A stretch of DNA of 59,170 nt, filler included, from Sphacelaria rigidula (lineage: Eukaryota), in the NCBI GenBank assembly GCA_964200075.2. It is 9 parts of 9 records of this genome, joined end to end, with 100 filler letters (N's around TTAATTAATTAA, not from the genome) between each part and the next. Parts side by side here need not be neighbours in the genome. Positions count along the whole stretch, not along the records: positions 1 to 6,486 come from CAXNAA020019794.1; positions 6,587 to 13,072 come from CAXNAA020019795.1; 7 more parts are not named here. One strand, given 5' to 3'. How positions within the stretch are numbered: the first letter of the stretch is position 1; each line of letters opens with the position of its first letter. The notes below the pieces were generated by a model. The model was not told the origin of the DNA. It ran no database searches and worked only from the letters and a program-made list of their open reading frames with translations. Position numbers and translations under genes: made by a program. This document shows, piece by piece, positions 1 to 10,879 of this stretch.

Positions 1-131
1 TGCTTCAGCAGCTGCGGCGGGCAGTAGGCATGCCTTGTGCTGTCACGAGACTGTCTTCTGCTGCCGTTGCAAAAACATGAAACGCCTCGTACTCTGGTAG
101 TGTACGTCAAGGCGCGTACATCACCTAAAAA

Positions 132-405
132 AAATCGGGGGCATTCACGATCTCGGAACGATTTCCCCCTTTTTTTTCGAAAAATCGGGGGGAACTGTTC
201 CGAGATCGTGACCCCCCGATTTGGTCCAAATCCGTGTCCATAAAATGCGTTCCCCGGTTTTTGTTCCCCCGCTTGTGGAAAAATCGAGATTCGGGCCTGA
301 CACAAAAGTGGGTCTAAGGCCAACTTGTATGGCAACGAATCTCGATTTGTTTGACACCCCGATTTTGACGGGGCTAACTCAAATTCGCGAACTCAAAATC
401 GGGGG
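132..405. repeat. Cluster of short inverted repeats (foldback/MITE-like)
   Basis: Three consecutive hairpins: tcacgatctcggaac/gttccgagatcgtga (~146-211), aaatcgagattcg/cgaatctcgattt (~280-348), ccccgattttga/tcaaaatcgggg (~357-404). The motif aaatcggggg recurs. Confidence 0.6.
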
Positions 406-944
406 AGGCGTTTTATGGTACAGACCGTACAGTATCACAGATTTGTGAAACAGTCCTGTACACAGACGGTCATTTTCTGCATGAGTGAGGTATTGCGTAC
501 TTGTGCATGAAGCCGAAGAGCAGGCAGGCGGTAAAGAATCCTTCGAGTACAGTGTCGTACCTTGGTAACCTGAAGTGATACAGTGCAGGACACTCCATCA
601 GTACCCAAGGTAAGACAAGACAAGTGAACGTGCGACGAAACGCGTACACCGTACTTCGTAGAAAAAGGTTTTGAAGAGTAAGGGACGCGGGCTAACACAG
701 TTTTCACTTTTGGGGGTCGGACGTTTAACTGCACACGCCGGACGGACGTTCTCTCCTTTCATGACGGGACAGCTTTCTGAAATTTTGAAAACAAAATAGG
801 ATCTTTTGGTTATTTCAACTTTGGAGGGACATATGCGCCTGGCAAGTCACTTTCCAAATGTGAACATGATGCCGATTCATTCAACAGATGGAGCACACAC
901 ATTCCACCCTTTGACGGGAAATCTATGTCTCTTGACTGAAAGAT

Positions 945-1298
945 GGTCGCGGGGGTCGCTCAGTTGGCAACCTCGAAACCTTCTGACGGTTGGGTCGTGG
1001 GTTCAATTCTCGGAGCGATCTGGGATTTTTTCCCATACCATGCCCAACAGTGGAGGGCGACGATGTCGTGGGTGCACAAAATTCGACTTGACGGTCTACG
1101 AGGGAAAGGGACTTCTGAACCCCCTTCTCGAGAAAAAAGAAAGGCAAGCACCGCAGAAGGAAGGTGGGGTACTAAAAACAAATGAAAAAGAAGAAGCGCC
1201 AGTGTTGACCTTCCTCCTGTGTGACCCCAGCTGGTGCGCCCACGTATACCGAAATGTGTAGATCGGCGTCCAGAATAGATGGGACAACACACACACAC
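945..1298 (+). mobile_element. tRNA-derived SINE, full-length copy (family 1)
   Basis: A-box-like tcgctcagttgg and B-box-like ggttcaattct in the first ~75 nt, a ~280-nt body, and a tail agatgggacaacacacacac. Clearly homologous to 16050-16399, 8557-8735 and 47285-47449. Confidence 0.85.
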
Positions 1299-1393
1299 TG
1301 CAGAAACGAAGCCGTACATCGAAAAGCATGCCACTGGGAAACGACCACAATATTTCGCCGCCAAAGGGTTAATTAACTCCTCTTTTTTTCCAA

Positions 1394-1496
1394 GGGGGGT
1401 GTACTCATGATCTTGCATGTCATAGTCAGATGACAATTGACCTCGTATTCCTACAGAGCCGGAACGGAGCACGCCGGGTTTTCGCCGGATCAGGCC
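1394..1496 (-). mobile_element. 5'-truncated LINE 3' end with C-run tail (subfamily B)
   Basis: Reverse complement ends ...gaggtcaattgtcatctgactatgacatgcaagatcatgagtacaCCCCCC. Flanked by the direct repeat tttttt(c)caagggggg at 1383-1399 and 1498-1512. Confidence 0.75.
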
Positions 1497-1858
1497 CTTT
1501 TTTCAAGGGGGGAAGGGAGGGCAAAAAGGACTGAAGGAACAGAACGCCGCGCAATTATGAAATCGGAACTAGTACTGCCCTTGCGCATTTGTTGAGTTCG
1601 GCGCATGTTTTCCCCTATCGACCGCTCCCATTGCAGGTGTAGGCATGCGAGTAGTAAAACAAGGTAGCATTCGAATCAAATGTCCGCATGTCTCTCCGCC
1701 TCGAAACAAATTCCCCCCAACCGCTGCTTGCCTCCCCAAACCTGTCCACTACACCGGCGATATTGTCCCGAATGTCGGCGTCGCGGCCAAAGACTTGATG
1801 ATTATTCATGAACACCCCGCGTGCTGCTCTCTCGTCGTTGGTTCGAAATGTTTTTCAG

Positions 1859-4346
1859 ATTACACCCCAGAAGCCCTTGCGGATCAAGTAGATTGGTCCG
1901 CGTTGCCTGGCGCCGGGAATCTTGCGGTGAAGGACACCTTCAACCATTTCGCCGGTTACATCAACATCGACCAAGAGAATGGTCGAAGAATTTTCTACTG
2001 GTTTTTTGAGGCCCAGGAAAATGCGGAGGATGCACCAGTGGTGAGCTAGGTGTATGTTAACCCTTTTGGAACTCACTGACGATTTCTATTTTTGTGAATC
2101 GGCATCACTCCGGCTTGAAAATGACTCAAAATGATGCCGATTCACAAAAATAGAAATCGTCAGTGAGTTCCAAAAGGGTTAACCCTTGGACAGTGACCCC
2201 CCGCTGGTGGACGGAGGTTGACACTTCACTTCCTGGGTTCAGAATCATTCCCTTGTCACAACTCTAAACGCCTACTCTACCGGGGAAGGGACCGGGAGTG
2301 TATAAGAGGCACACAGTTGTGAGAGTCATGACATATCATATATCATGACACCACGGCGGGACCCCTGGGGGGTCAGTTAAAGTGCGACAATCAATCAGTC
2401 AATCAGTTGTGAGAGTCATGACACAGACGGTGGAAAAAAATGTGCCAAGACACGCCCTTGAGTGCCGTCTTCACGAGACGAAAAAATTGAGAACGCATGG
2501 TGAAAATGGCAATGATACTGGCTATTTTCGTCTGTGAATGTTTTTGTTTTTTTTTGCCTTTCGATCGGTTGAGGGCTGATGACTCATGCTCATCGCCCCC
2601 CGGAATCACTAGGCCCTGTCTCCGCAAATTATTGTTCGATCGACAAGGTGCCGCGATTTTTCCCCCCCCCGATCTGATAAGTCGACATTCGTGTGTCCAC
2701 GTCATTCATGTTGAAATGACGACCTATCAGATGGGGGAATTTCCGTTCCCACCCCACTTCTTCGATCGAAAATGTACGGTGGAAAGGAAAGACTTCGATC
2801 TGATAGGTCGTGGTTTCAACTATCGTATTTCATTTCGAAGATGGTTGAATTTACGATTTATCACATTGGGGGGGTTTGGTTCCCACCCTACTCCTTCGAT
2901 CGAAGAGTAATGTGCCAAGACACGCCCTCACAAAAAATGATCATTCGGGAATGAAGAACGGTGAGAACGCAGGAACGGTCCGATGGGAATGCGCAGGGAA
3001 GCATCGAATGGTTGCCACGCTTGAGCTGTTTGGTGCATCATGGGGTGCACAGCCGGCATTCCTACATCAGTTGCCACTGTTGGCTCGTTGACATGTCACG
3101 TTTCCAATGTCCTTATTTTACTTTCGGTAAGAATGGCGAATGATTATCGTGTTCATGAGGTTGCGAACCGTCAGGATCATTCTCATCAGACTTCTACTCA
3201 TTATGCTAGCACGGCTTTTGAAGAATTCGTTTATCTTGAAAATAATGTTGGGTCGCTATTTTGTAAAACCGTGCGAGCATATTAAGTAAAATCCTAATCC
3301 TCATCATCACGAAGCAACCTCTCTCTCTTTTTTTTCTTGTCTCGTCCACGACGGGGCCTCATGCGAAGCACTTTACATGAAAACATTGTTTCCTCAGTTT
3401 TTGCTGTCAAAAGTCAACGTGAAGAAAGTATATGATGATGTCGGAGCTTTGGCATGCTTTCGCTTAAGCTGTGTGCGCGTGCGCACCGTTTGCATGAGTA
3501 AAAATCCAATTTGGTCTGCGATTGTGTCATCATTATTTTTTTCTTACGGCTTGAAATATTTAGGAAAATCAACACCAAAGAAATGGTATTCAATGCATTA
3601 GTAGATGGTGTACATGATTACAGCAGGCCACACTGCTTGTTCACTCAAAAAAACAGGTGGAGCTATATTGAATGAACGGTCGATGGAAAGATGGCTTGGA
3701 GGTTAGCTGGCCATGCTTGCACGGCTCAGGCGTTGAGGCCAGGCGGCATGTGTTTGCGTTCGTGTATTTATATTATGGATAACACTCTGGCGTTAACTCG
3801 CCATGCTTGCGCCAGTCAGTCGTTGACTTCGTGCAGTATGTATATATATATATATATATATGGTGATGTATTATATCAGGACGATACTCCGAAGTTAACT
3901 CGCCACACTTCATGATTTAGTCGTTAACTTCGTGTGGCATATTACTTGTATTGGCGTATTTTATAAGAACGATATGCCAAGGTTTACTTGTCGCGCGTCA
4001 TCAGCCAGTCGTTGAACTTCGCGAGGCATACTTCTTCGTTTTGTATTTGCACTTTTTAGTATTGATGTAATTTATTTGGACGATGCTCCCAAGTTAACTT
4101 ACCGCACTGTAAACGTAGTCGTTATCTTTTCTCAGTATGTTGTGCTGACTTGATATACTATACAATGTGCGTGTGCTTCCAGTGATCAATTGCTTCGATT
4201 CCGGGACCGATTTCCACTGACATCATATCCCCCTCTTGTTTTCTCGTTTTTTTTTTTTTTTTTCGTGGTTCAAGATATTGTGGACCAACGGTGGGCCGGG
4301 GTCAAGCGGCATGCTTGGTCTTTTGGCGGAACACGGGCCGTTCCAG
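1859..4346 (+). CDS. Serine carboxypeptidase (peptidase S10), two internal exons
   Basis: Exon 1859-2040 (DYTPEALADQV...HFAGYINID...IFYWFFEAQ...DAPV) and exon 4275-4346 (ILWTNGGPGSSGMLGLLAEHGPFQ). Both are bounded by ag/gt and join in phase 0. GY..V/I, FYWFFE, WxNGGPG and ExGPF are S10 family motifs. Confidence 0.9.
2061..2178. mobile_element. piggyBac-like MITE (118 bp)
   Basis: 47-bp perfect terminal inverted repeats CCCTTTTGGAACTCACTG...GAATCGGCATCA, a 24-bp spacer, and TTAA on both sides (2057-2060, 2179-2182). Confidence 0.85.
2314..2423 (+). mobile_element. Short retroposed 3' end with (CAAT)n-like tail and 20-bp target-site duplication
   Basis: Exact direct repeat cagttgtgagagtcatgaca at 2314-2333 and 2404-2423, around a 70-bp insert ending gtgcgacaatcaatcagtcaat. 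Similar to the minus strand of 50690-50760. Confidence 0.6.
3702..4130. repeat. Degenerate intronic tandem array, five units of ~90-110 bp
   Basis: The core gttaact...agtcgttracttc recurs at 3702, 3792, 3894, 3982 and 4093. Confidence 0.6.
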
Positions 4347-4891
4347 GTATTTGTAAATAAATAACACACAGGGCTACCAGATGAGGCGTGTTTCGGAGCA
4401 TTATTCATGAAACATTGAGACAATACCGTAGTATGTAAAAAAAATAAATACAGAACAAAAAAAACAGATTTGAAAGTGAGGGCTGTACAGGATCATGTGA
4501 TCCTGTGGAAGAGAGCAACGCATGCGGTTTATGCATACCTAACGTGACGTGACTAATCCCGCGATGTTGAAGCGACTATGCGGAAGTTCACTATGGCAGC
4601 ACTGGCTACCTTTCTGCGAGGTGATGATACAACGCGCAATACTTCAGCATTTCGGAGGCAACTTTCCTCTGAGATCGGAGTTACACGACTGCGCTACTTC
4701 AGGGTAAATGACTTGGTCTGCTGAATTGAACCCAAATAATTGTTTCCCGTTTTTTGTCCGTACGTTCTGTTTCACTTCAATATCATTCTCGTATGCGACA
4801 GAGAATGGTTCATACGACATTGAAACGTCCTTAGCTCACGAAAAATAAACATATGCCCTCGCGATTCTCCACAACGAATTTCAAAGCACTA

Positions 4892-5584
4892 GTACGAGCG
4901 GGGCCAGCCTAGAAACGGTATTAAGCTCTAAAAGCAATATCTCATCGACACAGACGAGCTGGGCCGTGATCCGCATATCGTACAAATCGTCTAGTCAAGG
5001 GGAAGGTGCCCATCTGCTCAAAAGTTTGGGCCGACATTTTCTCCTTGATTAAATCCCATGTCTAGTGGTTCCTATACCTAAGGGAGATAGCGCCAATACT
5101 AGAGTCTCTATGAAACTCCCGATCGATGAATTTAGCGGATAGCGACGAATTTCGGTGTGGAAAACCACAAAAGAGTGCCGAATAAAAAACAAAATGGGCC
5201 TTCATTTTTTTTTTTCATGAAGGTTAGGGCGTTCTCGTGAAGAAATGGTCTTTACCATAGTAGAACGCCCTGAACAAGTGAAAAAAATTGAACAAAAAAT
5301 CAACCTGACCTACGTTTTTTGTTGATTATGCCTTAGAGAGCGCGCACACAAAAATTCAATGCACGAAAACCAAACGTGGGCCGGTGAGTGGCTTGCGAAA
5401 TACTGTTCTGAATTTCTACCGACCCGGTTTTTGGTAGGCCAATGCTCTTTTATACCGTAAGAGTTGGACCCTGAAATTTGGTATGGACAATGAATAAGGC
5501 ATGAAAAAAAAATTACCTTGGTACCAGAAGTTTTTTTTTCATGAGTTAAGGGCTATGATCAGTTTTGAGGTATCAGTAAAATGC
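4892..5584 (+). mobile_element. Non-coding interspersed repeat (non-autonomous element)
   Basis: Colinear similarity to 34204-35207 on another contig (gtacgagc.gggccagcc...aagcaatatctc.tcgacac.gacgag...gagttggaccctgaaatttggtatggacaatgaa). Confidence 0.8.
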
Positions 5585-6421
5585 TAGGGCTGTGAACTGG
5601 ACCAGTTTGTACTGGCAGTTTAACTGGAACTGGTGATGAGGACTCCAGTTTTTCCAGTTTATTTGAAGTGTGCCGTTACCGGCTATGTACCGTTTTCAGT
5701 ATGGTTCGTTTATAACAAAGATGCTTACATGATTACGAACAAAATGACAATATTATTGAGGTCTGCACCTGACAACAACAGTACAGGTACAGACAGTACA
5801 GTACAGTACTCGTGGTCACTGCACCTTGAAGTGATATTGCGGATATCTGGATATATGCCAGGTTTATCGTCTCATCGCACGACATACATCTGGAATAAAA
5901 AATAGCACACAAACGGTAATCCGCCACCACAAAATGCAAAGTACACCATGGCTTGCAAATCAACTGCATGCGTGCTTGTGGGTCCGGACGTCAATCATCT
6001 TGCGCTCTAAATCTTATACATGGTTTAAAAAAAAGAAAAAAAATAACATACAAATACAAAAGAATAAATGGTATATAAAAAATTAAAAACTCGTGTCCAT
6101 GAAGCTTTAATTTTTCGCATACCTTCGGAGCCAAGTAAGGCCAAGTTATATTTATGGGTTTCAGCCATACATTGCACATCACACTTTCACGACAACAACA
6201 AGACCAAACAAACACCGCAATTGTCTGCAATTCTGCAATGCTTGCTCAATCAAGCTAGGAGCAACTATCCGCACCATCAATTTGCGCCCAATGTACGTCG
6301 CATCTTGTGGTGGAAAATAGAGCCAACAATCCTGGGCGCTACCTCACCCAAGTCGCCCCCAAATGGCTATTTATTGAGTGTTTCTTAATATGGAGAAAAA
6401 CAAATCCTACGATCGCCGCAG

Positions 6422-6486
6422 AGGGGGGAGGGAGTGTACTCATGATCATGCATGCCATCAGGGGGGGGGGGGGGGTACTCATGATC
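6422..6486 (-). mobile_element. Two tandem C-tailed LINE 3' ends (subfamily B) at the contig end
   Basis: G-rich tract + gtactcatgatcatgcatgccat, immediately followed by a second G-run + gtactcatgatc. Confidence 0.7.
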
Positions 6487-6586
6487 NNNNNNNNNNNNNN
6501 NNNNNNNNNNNNNNNNNNNNNNNNNNNNNNTTAATTAATTAANNNNNNNNNNNNNNNNNNNNNNNNNNNNNNNNNNNNNNNNNNNN
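6487..6586. other. Artificial contig linker
   Basis: N44-TTAATTAATTAA-N44, with stop codons in all six frames. Confidence 0.99.
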
Positions 6587-8334
6587 AAAACAAAAAACAA
6601 AATCTTTTAAAAAAAAAAAAAAAAAAAAATTTAATAAAGAAAAAAAAAAAAAAAAGCGCTAACAATACCCACACGACAACCGCCGTAACAGCGACAACAA
6701 ACTTTGCTCGGTGGCATGCGTACGGTCACCTGTTCAGTAGCTAATCCATGAGTTAAATCCACCCTGAGGCGCTTCGCTAGACCTGGGATTCCGCCAAAAG
6801 TCTCGTCGAGTCGTCTCCGGTTATCATCGTGCTCCTGTACCGTAACAGGGCCACGGAAGAAGGGGGGGCACAAAGCGACAGTTGCAGGTGAAAACAACTG
6901 TAAAAGTTACCGTCGACACCCACCCTACCGAACCTGGGCCGGCAAAAGCAGGCGTGCTCCGTACTGACTCTATGGAGTGCAAAGTCAATGGTCTCATGAA
7001 TACGTCAAGAAGAATCATGAGTACACCCGCTTCCCCCCTACTACAGTGTAGGGGGCACCATAGATACCGTGTGTGGGTAGGTAGAAGGGTAGGAAAACGA
7101 ACCACCAAGGACTCAAACCACAGTTTCTCGCAAGAGGTAGGTCGGTGCGAAAAAAGAAAAAAAAGGGTAGTCAAGACGACAACAGCTCAAGGACAAGACG
7201 ACCACCGCAAGCAGTGTTGACACCATCACAAAATCAAACGGAACAGCAAGACCAACAACGCCAACAACGCCAACAACGCCACCCACCATTTACAACACCG
7301 ATACCAAAAACAACGAACGCAGCAGCAGCAGCATCTGAATATCCCCATATTGAGGCCCGTGGCCATCGCTTACACGGACAAAGACGCCTTTGCGTGCTCA
7401 TTACGCGGGGGTGGCGGGAGGAAAAAGACAGCTTTTTGCATGGGGATACATAGGTGATACGGTGTACATACGTGGTACAGCGTACATGCGTGCTTCGGTG
7501 TACATGCGAGATACAGTATGGGTACATGATACGGCATATACACGTTATACGGGTAGGGCTTTTACGAAACAGCTGCTCTGCATTCAATTATATCCGTTTA
7601 TGCCAAGCACATTCCGGAATCACCAGTAAAACAACGTAATACAGTAAGCGCGAGCGCAAATTACAACAACATTTCACGTACTTGTTCTACTCCGGTCCGA
7701 ATGCCATGAAATGTTTAGTGCATAACATCCACCAGAATCTTGTGGGATCGGTACATGCAGTGCAGCGATCCCGCTTCATGAAATGGGCTCTGTTTGGGTA
7801 TGTGTCCGCATAGCTGATTCCCGTGGACTTGGATGACAACCATGGCGTCTCATGCCTCCACATTATCCTGAACATTACCCCCTGAAATCCCGTGAAGATA
7901 CCTGACGCAACATTTTTTGCACGTTGAGTGCGCATGGTACGACCATACCTGAGCCGACGAAACCATTCCGATCAGCTTCTCTTTTGGAACCATCTCCAGG
8001 GAAGCGTACGCCGTACTGTGTGACATATCTTTCGACCCTGCATATATCAAGCCGCAACAAACAAAAGGGCACACAGAAACAGCAACAACAAACGGAGGCA
8101 GCAGGCAGGAAAACACCCCCAAGTATGTGTTTCCGTTCGTGAAAGCAGATTCATATCATGGTTTCGGTTGGACATATCTCTTACCGTGTCAGAGGAACGA
8201 CACAGCATCGCGCACAGTAGTCGAACATACTGGGAACATAATTTTTTTGTTTGTAGATGACTCAACACTCGATACCTTGAGCTGTCAAGCCTCATTTCGG
8301 AACAATATCATCGAAGGATATCCTTCCCCAACAC

Positions 8335-8397
8335 AAGGGATGCGTGGTCAATGGTCAAACGACTGAGGCAAGCAACAATAAAAGCACGCCCCCTCCC
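8335..8397 (+). mobile_element. 5'-truncated LINE 3' end with C-run (subfamily A)
   Basis: aagggatgcgtggtcaatggtcaaacgactgaggcaagcaacaa...ccccctccc matches the 3' end of the LINE at 46101. Flanking repeat ccttccccaaca (8322-8333) / ccccctcccaaca (8389-8401). Confidence 0.75.
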
Positions 8398-8556
8398 AAC
8401 AGCATTATGTGTGTTGCCGTCATCCACACCCTGGACAATAGAATACACGGCCAAAAAGTGTACTGCGTACAGTAGCGACGATCGCGCCTATTGCAACAGA
8501 CGAAAGATTCCATACTGTACGCAGTACATTTTTTACAATAGAATCTTTTGTCCAAG

Positions 8557-8735
8557 GTGTGTTGTCATCTCATTTATTCTGGACACCAGTCTACACGGTT
8601 CACCTTCCGGTACATGTGGGCGCACCAGTCGGAGTCACACAGGAGTTTTTCTTTTTTCTTCTTCATTTTTTTTTCATTTCTTCACCTTCGTTCTGCGGCC
8701 TCTTTCCGTCGTCGACTGTCAGGTCGAATTTTGTT
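8557..8735 (-). mobile_element. SINE family 1, 3' fragment
   Basis: Matches the body and tail of the 945 and 16050 copies (ttctggac.cc.gtctaca...gggcgcaccag...gtcgaattttgt), with internal deletions. Confidence 0.75.
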
Positions 8736-9954
8736 TTGTTATGTTTGCATTTGCACCGGTCCAGCTGAACGGCTCCTCAACGTTTACAAAAACATCACAT
8801 ACCGCGGATCTACCTTGAGTTATGCGCGTCTATATTTTGTATCGATCACCACCGCGGGCTTCAGAGCAGATAAGTTGCAATGTGCGATAATCGAACCATT
8901 GGTCAGTCGATGAATCCTTGATCCCCATCCCCCGACAAAATATGTGCGATGCCGATGAAACAGGTGGCTAACTGTGACGAAAATTATAATTTTCTCCCGA
9001 CATACACACGGATGCATGCATTTCTTTCCCCCGAGGTTGTGTTCTGTACTCGCAGGGTCCACCAACTGAAATTCGGCTGTTCACAGCAGTAAAAAAGAGG
9101 TATATATATATTGTCGGTTAACGCCATTTTGACACCATACCGGAGTGTTTGGAACAGGTGCTGAATATCCTTCCGAATCATGCCGGAATGTACGATACAG
9201 ATCCCGGTACGGCTCAGCATGCCGACCAAGAGTCCTCTGCTCCAGGGGATACCCAACATAACACGACCTCATTTTTTCCCATCAGGTACTTGCGTGGCCA
9301 CGAATGTACTTTATTGTTATTGCTTCCAGTTCACTGTCGCGTTCATTGTCGGCTTTCCTCCCCAACCTCCTCCTTCATCGAATCTCCTGTTTGTACATCC
9401 CCCTCGTGACTGGCTGGATTATGACTCGTAGCGTATGCGCCAGCGTGGAACAACCAAGCAAAAAATGAAGTGATCAGCCAACAGACATGGTATCCAGGAG
9501 GCCCAAACGCCTCCGAAATATCAAGCCCCCGTGAAACGTATGTACGATAAGCCCTCTACCCGCCCATCCTGGTGCGTCCCATCGGTGAAATTGGCACCAG
9601 CTTTATTTCTCGAGTGGGACTCACCAGACTCAGCTGTCTATCCTTATGGCACCCGTTCTTACGGGTCTCCTGAAAAAAAGTCGTCTGAGATCGCTTTATT
9701 CTTTCCCTTCCCTTCCCTTCCCCCGTTTATCTCATTTCGCCGACAGGAAATTGCTTGCCCTCAAGAACTATCTGAGCAACGTCAACTCCACCCGAACAGG
9801 TCCACAATTTCGTTGGATCCCAAGTGTCCGTGCTCCGTTGCGAAGTACTTTATTGCTTGTGCCACCGTCGGTCAATCATCCCAGCAACCGCACCCAAACC
9901 TACCCAGAGCGGACTATAAATACTCGCGCACAGGGGACGAGGAGGGGACGAGGA

Positions 9955-10046
9955 GGGGGGGGGGTACTAATTTGTTGCTTGCCTTATTCGTTTGACCTTT
10001 GACCATGCATCCTTTCGAGACGGAGCACTGTTCCTAATCCTAATAG
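9955..10046 (-). mobile_element. 5'-truncated LINE 3' end with C10 tail (subfamily A)
   Basis: Reverse complement reads gtgctccgtctcgaaaggatgcatggtcaaaggtcaaacgaataaggcaagcaacaaattagtaCCCCCCCCCC. Confidence 0.8.
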
Positions 10047-10879
10047 TAGAGTTGTGAACTGGCTGCCAGTTTAATTGACCAATTATAGTCAACTGGTGCA
10101 ACTGATCGGTTTTGTAACCAGTTGAACCAGTTATTTCACAACGACACATGTGTCATACTCTCAAGTTTTCTGTGTACATATGTGTCATACGCAAGCCAAT
10201 ACTTACGAAATATCCTCGTACTATTAATACAATGACCGTGGAGACGCTATTGCAGAGGCGGATACATGACCGCACAGCGCACACACGTAGACGAAGACAC
10301 GAATATCGACGACACTTAATTATTCCGATATATAAAAATATAGAAATCGCGCACGGACAGTTATTGATTGAGCGGATCTGAATCGTGAAGCAAAACTGCG
10401 TTTCGTTGAAGTGTTGTGTGTGCTTTGCTTCATTCTGTCGACATTAAGCGATATAACAAGCGTTAAAAAAGCGTCCAGTGGTGGCTGGTCAATGTGATAC
10501 CGAGGCACGAGGAAGCGTCGAGATTTCTGTTAAATTTTCCTGGCTGATGAAGTCACGCTCAATAACGTTACCAAGATGTCCTGCTACTGGTAATTACTGG
10601 CACTTGGGTGGTACACACGGAACGCCATGTATGCTGCACTACTGTCTCACCGCATCGCCTTTGAATTCACGTCGCAAATTTCAGTTATATCTCTCCTTCC
10701 CCCATACATTTAGCAGTCAACATCAGAAGTATGCGGAATTCGTCAGTGTAATTTTTTTGGGATTTTCTTGCGAACAATTTTTCATCAGCACTTGAAATTG
10801 CCAGCGTCGGTAAAATTAGGGGGAAAGCGTAGGTCGCGCTCAAACTGCAGTGCCCAAGTTGGAGTTTTTGGAGCGATAC

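Noticed and set aside
945..1020. tRNA genes at 945-1020, 16322-16399, 26074-26150 and 38940-39010
   Set aside because: A and B boxes are present but the cloverleaf and anticodon arms are poor, and the heads continue into repeat bodies. They are better explained as SINE-type heads.
806..1472. ORFs of 150-170 aa, with similar peptides at 8559-8768 and 15909-16429
   Set aside because: The peptide similarity comes from translating SINE copies, not from a protein family.
3702..4130. CRISPR array or integron attC array
   Set aside because: The repeats are too degenerate, lie in a eukaryotic intron, and have no cas or integrase gene nearby.
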